64,000 nucleotides of DNA. It comes from Octopus sinensis (lineage: Eukaryota). The stretch spans positions 186,001 to 250,000 of the forward strand of contig NW_021831731.1 in NCBI RefSeq assembly GCF_006345805.1, in the 5' to 3' direction. The notes under the pieces are model-generated. The model was not told the origin of the DNA. It ran no database searches and worked only from the letters and a program-made list of their open reading frames with translations. The translations under genes and the position numbers were made by a program. Each line of letters opens with the position of its first letter. Position 1 is the stretch's first letter. Below are positions 52,456 to 64,000 of this stretch, in pieces.

Positions 52456-55400
52456 ATAAATCTTTGTAAAATATTTTTGGGTTCTTTTTCCTTCATTATT
52501 TATATTTCCATGAAAACAAGCTTGAGTTAGGCATGATCGGTTTGGAGTAAAGAAACAAGGATAAAAAAAAATGTCATGTAAGACAGTTTCACTTTTTTAT
52601 CTTAGGTTTCTGTATAATCGATCAATTATTACCAGATCGTTGCCTACAGCATAGATATCTAGCTTCCATGTTCGAGATTTGTAAATTGCTTTCTATTTGC
52701 CAATAGTAATCAATTATACACATCAGACCCCTTTGGCCAAACAACTAACCGTACATTCACTCACGGACGCGCACGTACATGCTCTCATTGAGCGTCATGC
52801 AAATACATACAACTAAGATTATTATATTTACCTACATAGATTCAAGTATTATACATACGTATATATATATATATATATACATTCACATATGCATGTATAT
52901 ATGTACATATATTTATACGTATGTGTACGTATGTTTGTATGTGCATACATATGCATGTATGTATGTATGTATATATATGCATTTACATATATGTTTGCAC
53001 ATACGCATATTGTTAATTATCTCTGTTTTTGTCTCTTTAACTTTCGCTATTTCTTTTTCTTTCTTGCTTCTTCTCCCTTTCTTTCTCTCTCTCTCTGTCT
53101 CTGTCTCTCTGTCTCTATCTCTCTCTCCCTAATCACACACATACACACACACATACACACACATAAATATGCATAGAAAGTCAATGTCTTGCGTTATCAT
53201 CTTTAAATCTTGGAAGCAATGAAGGGAAAAACCATTAAAATGTCTTCGTTGTTTCAGTTTGTTAAGGCTTTCTATTGTTGTTGTTGTTGTTATTGTTGTC
53301 GTTGTCGTTGTTGTATTTGTTGACATGTAGTATTACTCGGTGTAAGTTGTTGCTATTTCTTTTTTCTTTTTTTTTTCTGTTTTATTCTGTGTTCTGTAGT
53401 CGTAATGCTGTCGGTGGCGTTGCTGCTTTACTCATACACATACTGTCCTTCAATCCATTTTCGAAACGAAGCCAACCATTGATTTTGTATTTGAATAGAA
53501 TCAATTAGGGTTCAAATGTATTGGCTGCCGGGTAAATGCATTGACGACACACGGTCGAATCTATACAAAAGCAGACATGGCAGTGATAGTATTAGTATTG
53601 GTGGTAGTGAGTGGTAGTGGGGGGAGTTTCCTTCGAGGTGGGAGGAGTCAGGTCGAGAAGGCGAGTATGTTTCATACATGTTGAAGCTGATCATTTAAAC
53701 TTTTTGAAAAAATAACAAATGGAAAAATTGAAAGAAATATCTCATGTAAACCCCCTAGAATCGAGTTGCTACATCTTTTATTTCGCATTAATTTATTTCT
53801 ATTTTCTTTCTCATTGATTAAAATATTCTCCATTTTGTATCTTTTACCATTGCTTCAATAATCTTTGCTCAACTAAAATGGTGGCCCCGACCTAAATTTC
53901 CCCTACATCTTTAAACTACTGTTGAATCTACTAACCAAACTGCTAACCAAACTGCTAACGAAAACGCTAGGGTACTTCTACGTAGTTGTTCACCCTGTTA
54001 ATATTTATATCTAAGTTTCAATCAATAAAACTCGAACAATTCTTAAAATGAGGCCATACGTTTTGAAACGTAAACGTTAAAACATGCTCCTCAGTATAAA
54101 CGCGCCCATCTCCTCTTTATGGAGGAGCATGCCAATCGAATAGACTCCAGTTGAGTGTTCATTTTCAGTTAACTTCTTTTCTGATGGTGGTCACCCTTGT
54201 TATTCATTCGGACTGACAAAGTCTATTCAACAACTCTGTACTCTCTATCTGTTCATTACTGTCTACATTGCTCAATTCCTTCGTATAATTTTATTCAAAG
54301 CATTCCTGTTCAATCAGAAGAGCCATCAAAATCAATGTCTATCAATTTTATTTTATGGTTCCAAAACGAAATGTCAAAAGTGAAGTAACGGCAACTGGTT
54401 ATCGAAACCATGTTATAAAGTCAGTTTGATGAGTGCTTACCTTTATTCTACAAAACTCGCAACAATTAATCTAAGAATATCGATTTCTTATTGAGCACAA
54501 GTCATCAAATGAAGGTGAAGTAAACTGATTTTCTTCAGGAAATGAAATTGGGTTACGAACGAGGCTCGGTGCCAACTAAAACTGTTTACAGTCATTTCTT
54601 TTAAATTAGTCTTATCATGACATAATTGCCTTATCTTATAATGTTTGTGAAAGTAATCACTGGCATTTCGTTAGTAACGAATGGATCATGCTATTAACTT
54701 GGTTTCAAATAACCATCATTAGGATGGTAACTACACCACTGTAAGATGCAAGAACTCAGTATAATGACTGATTATTTCATTAACAAACAGACAAGGTAGG
54801 TGTTTACATATGTAATATCGTGAGTATGCCCCGTAGGTATTTTGCTCGGACATTATTGATTATGAAGAGAAGAGTTCAAATTATAAGTGTTGCTTATATG
54901 AATTACAGAAACAAAATACCTTCAAATACTGCCATTACATCTATATGGGATGAATTGTACCACTCGTTTCGAGGAGGAATTTACCCACGTTTTGACAAAT
55001 TAAAACCTGATTTTTTAAAAACTAGAATCACTGCCGTCACGCGTATTAATAGAACAAACATTTTTCTGTGATGTAATTTAAAGAGAAGGAGTACCGTTTG
55101 GTGAAACTTGCTACAATTTGCCAGGAACATTCACTCCACCTATAATGATCCTGCAACATTCGAGAAGTCAGCAGGGCAACACCCCGTGTCTGTATAAAGC
55201 TGGTCGCTGAAGCTTAATGCTAACCGACCGACAAGTACAAGGTCATACTGGATTATGTTTCAACTCAGTATATTACTGTTACTTATTTTATTTGCAAAAA
55301 GTGGGTGGAAGACAAAATCAACACGAGACGTTTAGTCTAGTCTTCTAATATTCCAACACTTACTTGATATTCCATACTGATAATATGACGCGAAACAGTA

Positions 55401-55569
55401 AAAATTCGTAGTTACATCTTTTATGAATTGAGTTTTGAGACTTACTTTATCTTTCATCTCTTGAACTCAATAAGTACCAGTCACATATTGGAATCGATTT
55501 GATTAAGTATCACCAGCGGATATGCATTCAGAGATTTGTCGCTCTATAAGAAATACTTATTAATCATCG

Positions 55570-55740
55570 AACTGGCTGAATCATTACAGAGTCGGGGAAA
55601 ATGCACTGCACTATTTGTTCTGACCATTAAGGTGGTGAACGTTAGCGCATCGGACAAAATACCTAGCGGCAGTTCTTCTACCTATTTGTGTTTTGCGTTC
55701 AAATACCGCCGAGGTCTACTGTGTCTTTCACTTTTTCGTG
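55570..55740 (+). mobile_element. Degenerate Nin-like SINE head
   Basis: aacgttagcgcatcggacaaaatacctagcgg..gcgttcaaataccgccgaggtc resembles the 41.4 kb head. Confidence 0.6.
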
Positions 55741-57260
55741 TCCGAAAATGCCCAGAGTCTTTCATTGTTTCGGATAAAATAACAATCACAACAAAACCCA
55801 AATGAGAAAAAAAAAAGGGAAAAAGCAGCTCCAAACAGCATTCAAGGTGGTAGTGAAGGTAAGAATGAAATAGTTAGATAAAATAAAGAACCGGTCAAGT
55901 ACTAGAGCCAATGCTATCCAGTAACCCCTTCTCATAAATTTTAGACCTGATACCTTTGTTAGAAATAATTATTAAAATTCTTTATTGATTTCTAGTACGG
56001 TTATTTATTATGAAGATATACCGATTATATCGGGACTCAATACTTCATTAAGATTTTATTTTATCGACAATTTTATTTTATCAGCGATATTCTCGTAAAA
56101 TCGATCGTAGAGGGATTTAAAGAAAGAAAATAAGGGGAGATGGCTGAAAGTACCGCAAGGTATTTTGCTTGGTGCCCTTCTAATTATGATGACTCCCAGT
56201 CTCAACATACATGTCAACATATTTGAATATATTTAAATACATATTCGAATATTTTGAATATTTTGTCCGACGCTCCACTGATTCTGCCCATCGAATAGCC
56301 TGATATAAACATAGTTATTAAACATACAAACATGCAAATCAACTTATTTGAATATTTAATTAAAACGAAACGATGGTTCATATGAAAAATATGCTTTGCC
56401 AATATTGATTTCTAACTTCATCACGAGGACAAATTGCAAAAATTTACCCTTAGCTTTTAATCCGAACTCGTAAATTTAATGTTAACAGTTGTCATACTCC
56501 ATTGTTACCAAGGCTTGTGACATAAATCATTTAGGTTTCTATTTGTAATGAAAATTATTTTCAGTTATATCCGAAAGAAATGACAGATCACGCCTTGAAG
56601 TAATTAAATCATTTCTTAACAACTACTCGGGGTAGAATGTAATCTTTTCGCCACATAAATTAACAGTGAAAGCCTTGGTGATTCGATTTGATTTTTACAA
56701 GTACTCATTTTACTTCACTCACATGATTAATAGAGACTATGGATAGCCGAGTCAATAGTGAAATGGACTAACTGCTATACTCGTTCCCCCTCACACCAGC
56801 TGCACTACTACCATGCCCGAAGAAAAAAAAATATTTTCACCGTGCCGAATAAAAGTCAAGTTATTAGTGATTTTACTTGGCGATTCAGTTTCAACTGTTT
56901 GTTGTATCTCTATCTATATAGTTTCATCCATATAGTGATATCCATGTATCACTTGGGAAATGTTTGAACCACGTCGCAAAATTCTCCTTATAGCATTTGA
57001 ACGGACGACCTTATGCTTTTGAGAAATGAATATGTACCGGTATTCTACATCTAAAGCAGCATTTAACATCATTTTATTGTGCACGAATGCTGCGTTACAT
57101 ATGGGGCGCTTCGTAGTGGTATGGAGACACAAAGTCGCAGATTAAATTTCCATACATGCGCATATATGGTATTTAGATTGAGTCGGGTGAATTTCATGTG
57201 GATTTTCATTGTTTCTCTTGTTTTATCCAATCAAGTTTATTTTTGGCGATTCCTTTATTC

Positions 57261-57379
<119 letters not shown>

Positions 57380-58590
57380 GCTTTCTTATTTTCGTTCTGC
57401 TTTTGTTCTTACACTCTGCGGCTTTCTCTTTTCTATATTTCGTAACAAAGCCTTTTTAACCTGAAGCTATATGCAGAGTATACGCCTCTCATTGAATCAC
57501 GCCGTTTTATTCTTTGAAACTTCGTGCAAGGAACAAGTGATGTATTATTTTCCTGCTACTTTTATCTCGACTTCTTTATCACCTTCAAACTAATGAAGTT
57601 GCCTCTTACTACAGAAGCCATCATATCGTGATCGTGTCACCAGCAGCGATATTCTCGTAATTAAATATTCATTTAACACTGACGAATACATATCGATGCA
57701 TATAGACTTATTTAACAGGGTCACACAAGTATAAACACTCACATCTTATACAAACATAGATTAAAACATCAACAATAAGTTTCCTATGTAAGCAATTCAT
57801 ATCTAACACCATTGTTCCCTACTTACTCACATCATACACATCATCGACGTCGATGTCGTTGCCGTAGTCGTGGTCGTTGTCATCATCATGATCACCATCG
57901 TCAGATATACCAACGGTTACAAAAATGGTAATGTTACTACTTTTATTTACTGTGCCAGAAGGAACGACTGAATTCAACATCTAAGAAAAGAACAAACTCT
58001 TCTTTTACCAGAAGTGTTGTTATCATTCTACAAATCGACTGTAAGGCCACCATCATCTATAAAGATTGTAAATGTGTCTTTACAATGAAAAAAAAAAAAA
58101 ATCAAAACGAAAGCAAAACAAAAGAAAACAAATAATAAACAAACAAAACAAACAAATACAGAAAAAAAAATCCAATAACGAGAAATCGGAAAAAATCTTA
58201 CAACGTAAATACCACCCTGATCTGGTCTATAAAACACGGACATCAAAATGATTTTGATTCAGATAATATCTTTTCAGTTCTGTAAGCAAGCTTTTATGGA
58301 AACTGCTTCTAATTTGTTATTGGTCGTTGAAAGATTTAGTAATTCTGATGATAGTATTCATTCTATCTGCGTCATAAATCATGTAATATTATCCACCCTC
58401 TGTCTTCATCCTGCATCTTTTACAGCGTTGAAGCTCGTTAACAATTTTGATTTCAGATTTACATTCAGCTATCTGCTGAATTCTGATCAACAGAAAGTCT
58501 TTAAATGCCCAGAGAGCCGTGTTCTTCCTCCCCAGAAGGCAGACCACTTTAATTTCCGACACGTCCAATTTAATTCTAAATATATTACTT

Positions 58591-58785
58591 CTCACTCACT
58601 CACTCACTCACTCACTCACTCACTCACTCCCTCACTCACCCACTCACTCACTCACTCACTCACTCACTCACTCACTCACTCACCCACTCACTCCCTCACC
58701 CACTCACTCATTCACTCATTCACTCATTCACTCTCTCACTCTTTCACTCACTCACTCATTCACTCTTTCTCTCTCTCTCTTTCTT

Positions 58786-58820
<35 letters not shown>
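58591..58820. repeat. (CTCA)n grading into (CT)n
   Basis: Direct inspection. Confidence 0.97.
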
Positions 58821-58826
<6 letters not shown>

Positions 58827-59761
58827 ATTTCTCAGTCTTTTTGTTAACTGTTCATTTCGAACTGACACTATTTCAAATAGTGTCTGACAAACAGTGTAAT
58901 AGGATAAAGAACTAACGCTACTCCAGAAGCAAAATAAAAAGCTGAAGCAATCTATATCCCAAAGAATTATAGGTGTTATAGAATGTCAGGGAAATGAAAT
59001 GGTTGTAGTACAATATATAACAGTGAATCATCCCATCCATCTTATCACTAGACTACCGCCAACATTATCATTACCACTACCTACAACATCACTGTCCCTA
59101 TTATGTATCATTACCAGAAGGTCGAATCAGCGTGGGAGCTTGTATACATCTCTTGATTACTAAAACTAGCATCGAAAAGTTCCCTCATGTCGTACCTTAC
59201 TTTATTAAAAAAGGAGGGCAAATTGGACATTGGAATCCAATATATTTAAAAAATATCACGTGAAGGCTATGACTGGAGTGTCTTTCACCATAGATCTGCT
59301 CAATCAAAAATGATACTCAAACAATCTTAGTTTTTTTTGCCATGAAAATGATTTCAGCGGCTCAAATTAATTTATTTTGAGAATTACTATTACTGTTTTC
59401 AAAAATATATTGACTGGTATTTCACTTGAGTGGTATTTTACGTTTCTTGAGATAGTTATACCGGACATAATTCTAGCATATAACAACTGTTATTTGTTGG
59501 ATCGATAGCTATCCTCACAAAAGTCCTGGTCTGTCGGAATAATTTTGGGAACTTTAACTGGAATCATAATTTAACTTCAGTACAGTACCTAGTTTCTACC
59601 CAGTAAAATATCTGGATATATCATAACACATTGTCGTATACAGCAGGACGAAATCACACCGTTAGAGTCACACAGTCGATGAGCTAGACTTGTCCCCTGA
59701 GCTAGTCATCATCACTAATTTAATAACTTGTATGATTAGTCAAACCTAAATATCTTTAAAG

Positions 59762-60062
59762 CAGGTGTTTTCAACTACTGTATAGTAGCACATTTCTGTG
59801 CCACGTAATGTTGTGCTAGGTCTTGAGGCGAATCAAAACAGGCAAGGATGTTTAGAAAGTCTGAGTATTTTCCATACATTTCACCAGTGCCTATGTATTC
59901 TTTTGCCGCAAATTGCACTGCATGTTTCTATCACTGTTTTAAAGCAATTTCAATACCCGTTTTTTTAATATTATAAAAGTTTACAAAAAGTCAGTTGGAA
60001 TTCTTTAACACATTTGTAACCTTTTTCATTATGATGCCGGTTGGAAAAGGTTGAAAAAGCTG
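59762..60062. mobile_element. hAT (Charlie-like) MITE
   Basis: Termini CAGGTGTTTTCAAC / GTTGAAAAAGCTG. 8-bp flanks CTTTAAAG and CTTTAATT (6/8 match). Confidence 0.65.
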
Positions 60063-60929
60063 CTTTAATTCCTTTAAAGCAACTCTTTTCAACATCACAT
60101 TGACGAATGTAATATGATGACGTACAACCAATAACAAAAATTATTTCAACTTAGAGTTAGCATTTATTATAATTTATATTATTGTTTCCTAACATTTACA
60201 CATGTGTACACCAGCATGTACACAAGCATGATTGGTGATTTATTGCAGAGGTCCTGCATGGATTAAAAACTGTTATGGCGCACGTTCGGATGCTTCTACT
60301 ACTTCACTCTCTGCTACTCAACTGTTCTCTGTTCTACTCTAGTCTACCTTGACGTCTAGACTCATCCCTCTATATCTACATATTGGGCTGGTCTACTTCA
60401 TCGTCTGGGGGCGTCCACACAACAAAAACACGCAAAGGGTGTAAATTATTCTGTCCAGCCTCAACTCATTCATGCATCAAACGCCACGAGAATTACAATT
60501 TTAAAAAGTCATAACTAGTTGACAAGTTATAACAGTGGTAACAGTAACTGAATAACGGTTATAATAGTATTACATACAATAGTAGTGATTCGAACAAGTT
60601 TTCAAACGTAAATGTAGCAACAGCAGAAGTAGTAGCTATGTAAAGTACAGCAGTTAGCGTTGTCAACACGCCAAACAAAATCCCTACAAATATCAAAGGT
60701 TTCTATTATTTTCTATTATGTGTTACACATTTTTCTTAGAAACTTAATTTTTAATCATTCACTGTACTTGAGAACATTTTGTTCATACACGAAAAGTGTG
60801 GAAGCTTTCGTTTCTCACGTTATATAAGTACGCTTATACAAGCAGTAAAAGTAAATTTTAACACGAGCAGACAAAAATCCATAAATGAACACGAATATAT
60901 ATGATACTATGTACAATATCATAAAGTAG

Positions 60930-61500
60930 CTAACTTGAGGAAAAAAGCTGATAATATTTAACCATATGCAACTGTCACTGGAACTGCAACGGAAGTTTAT
61001 AAGCTTTATTGAACACTTGAAGAATATTCTCATCAGAGACATAAGGATATCTGAAGAAAGTGTGAGGAATCCAAACAATCTAAGGAATCTTACAAGAAGA
61101 TTATGGAACAAAAGCGATCACTTTCAAATACTGAGTTATCGTGTTCTTTGATAGAACTATAACTGATCAGTGATTGTGGAGTCACGTTGGTCTTAGTAGA
61201 AGAAGTATGAAGACAATTCTCAGTTGAATTAGTAAAAGAGGAAACACAAAAGTGACAGAATCTGAAAAATCTTACAGTTTTACGTGCTGATATAAAGAGT
61301 GAAATTGTTTCATAGAGAAAATTGTTCCTTAGGTATTTGTCTAAATGTTAAGGTTTATTTGAAGATGAAATCTCAACAGTTCGTTGGCAATATAAAATTA
61401 CCTTTGATATTAGCAAAGTTTTTTACATTTTCTAGCATGTGAAAATCCTTGTTTAATTACCTGTCCATCAGCTCCATCCTTTTCTCATCTTTTGCTTTCG
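60930..61500 (+). mobile_element. Possible hAT transposase relic
   Basis: IFNHMQLSLELQRK...NKSDHFQIL only loosely resembles the 'DIF.HLNELNL.LQGK...HFPTL' block. Confidence 0.25.
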
Positions 61501-64000
61501 CCGGAATGTTCCATTGCAACACACACATCTCTCAAATCCCATTCCCTCAACTCAAGTTTTATCCGAAGATTGTACTTCAAATGGAGATTATATTTCACGT
61601 TTTAAATTAAAATAACAACAGTTATTTTAAAGTCTTTTAAAAATAAAAGTTATAAAATTGATTAAGCTTGAATGATGGTTAGAAATACATCACGTATTGT
61701 TCCTGAGTTTTTATATTAACGAGTGAGCCTTGTGGGCGAGAAGACATCTCCTGGCGAGATGAATATACAACTCACTTTTGATTCCAGTTTGCCGCTATTT
61801 TACTTCACTTTCATTATTGTTGTCCCTGTGAAAAGTATGGTCGACTGTAGTGCTAATGAATTATTGATGAGTTCTGTTGCATACGAATAGTCAAATGGAA
61901 ATTACAAACATTTAATATTTGATTGCTACGATTTCTCTCGTGTATGTAATAAATAGTTTATCATTATAAGTTAAATTATCGAATAATGAATGTCAGAGTG
62001 TGGTCTGAAACTAGACACTATAATGGTTCCCAACTCACTACTTTAAGATGACTGTTCTAAATAATATATATTACCTTATTTTGGTCGGAATTCGTATTAT
62101 ATAAAAGGCGTCTTAGTTTATCTGGAAACGGTTTGTTAATAGTTCAAAAATGTATTCCTCGATATTTCTTGCAGAAGAAAACAAAATATTTAGGAGTATC
62201 CGAATACCTGCTTCTTAATAACGGCTAAGGTTTATTACACCTAGGAGCTTAATTTTGACTTATTAGACAGGCACAAAGTGTGCACACACATGCATGTTTA
62301 TATGCTAATGTATAATCAGTTCACTGAGAAAGTTCAGTTGAGATTTTCTATAGCTTAGCCAGGAAAAAGGAGTGCGCCTTCGATTCACAGTTCGTCCTGA
62401 CCTATTGAAACCTATACAGTTTATGGGCACCTGTAAACCAATGTCTGATGCATCTGTAGGAGTGTAGGTAAGTAAAGGCTTGTCAGTCAGTTTGTGGACC
62501 TGAAAAAGAATGTGTTCATGCGAAGGAACAGAACTGATCTAAATATATAAGCAGTAATCTTACGCGCGTTACTCTTGTACTTTGTAGACTCCTCAGCGTT
62601 AAACTATCCCGTGGCATTGAAGAGGGCTCTTAACTTTGAGATAGTTTTTGTTTTGTTATAGTAACGTAATAGCCATGAAAGGAAACTAGAGATTTTGAGG
62701 CCTAGAATATAACGGGAAACTACTCACATTCCTACATAATGTTTGGCTATTGTTTACCTCAAAACTGGATATTCTGGATAATTCGAGAACTTCAGTTGTC
62801 AAGGGAGAAATTGTCCATTTTATTTCTTGCATATATCACAAGCAATGCTGAATGAAATGGCCCAGTACAATGCTTGTAAATTGTCCCTGTAAGATGTACA
62901 CCGCAAAAACGTAAAAAAAAACAAGCACAAAAAGAAGAAAGAAAAAAACGAAAACAAAACAAGAAAGAAACCTTGAATATCAGTAAATTGATATCTGTTC
63001 TTTGTAATTCGATGGTATGTTAAGATTAAAGTCATTTTGTACAAGCTTACTATAGAAACTGAAGCGTTTTGTATTCTTAGGAAATCAATCTTTCAAGATT
63101 ATCATCACAAGATCGAGCATGCGAGATATACAAAGCAATCAACAGCAGTTTAGAATTTTCTTCATTTATAAAGGAATGATTATATACGTTTCTATAGATG
63201 TTTGATCCAAATAGCTATTGTGATTGGTTTGAACGTTAGCCTTAAGCTGTTCTATGATAAATATTTTGTCATTTTTAAAAATAACATTAATTCAGTATTC
63301 AACTTGAGCTAAAAATATTCTACATACTCCATATTGTAATATAAAATGTGGCTTGCAATAAAAAGAAACCTCTGCGCTATATCTATAGCCTTGTAATTAT
63401 AGTTAGAAGGTTAATAAACTTAATGCTTAAGGAAGTAAGTCAAGTAAATAAACGATTGTTGATTATTAAAAAAATGAACAAGCTCTCCGCTCTCTGAAAG
63501 GCTATATATAAATTGAATTTCTATATAATGTTATTCACGTAAAGATGTAATTCAGAGAGAGGTAAGCGATGAAAGACCATACTTTTGGGAATCAGGGCAG
63601 TTCTAAATCGAAGTTTACAGTGACCCACTATGCCTTGTAAAGAATTCACATTCTTATACTCCGTATTCATGCTCATAGAATGCATTTATTTCTGCAGCAA
63701 TTATCAAATAGGACTGTTTTTTTGATAACACAATAACCGACTTCTTGTTCCAGAAATCCAAGAATACAGTGGAATACCATGAAATGAGCTGCATCCTATA
63801 ATGAGTACACATGCATTGTTTCTGAAATTGGTTAATTTGCACGTGGTGTGTTAAAAATAGTTTTGTTCTTTACTTTTTTAAGTGGATTGACAAATATTAA
63901 ACATACACTGCTTTAGAAGCATATTAACCTTTACCTTTGTCCGTCAAATAAAATCATATTTTTAAACTTTTCTTTGCTTAATTTTCATCATAGTGTGATA

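Noticed and set aside
58248-58847. 199-aa ORF
   Set aside because: The C-terminal part is (CTCA)n/(CT)n, and the unique part has no recognisable motif on either strand.

Overview
AT-rich, repeat-saturated eukaryotic DNA with the SINE, LINE and microsatellite make-up typical of a coleoid cephalopod (most likely Octopus; this is an inference from repeat families). I found no host protein-coding gene I can support, so the window looks intronic or intergenic. Most listed ORFs are microsatellite read-throughs. The real content is as follows. (i) Decayed non-LTR retrotransposons: R4/Dong-type RT and RLE pieces, RTE 3' ends, a Hero/NeSL-like RLE end, a near-full I/Jockey-group ORF2 and a Penelope-like RT. 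(ii) Tc1/mariner DNA transposons: a full-length DD37D maT element and two mariners, one nested in a LINE. (iii) Many tRNA-derived SINEs of at least four head/tail architectures. (iv) An orphan 28S rRNA fragment inside an inverted-repeat-bracketed mosaic. (v) Two copies of a short Penelope-type terminal element that sit in (TA)n tracts and carry a minimal hammerhead-ribozyme-like motif with a shared non-canonical core (CUGUAGA). The most interesting leads are that hammerhead element, a (TACA)n-flanked R4/Dong insertion and the rDNA-capture rearrangement. Coordinates of decayed elements are approximate; all translations and alignments were done by eye.
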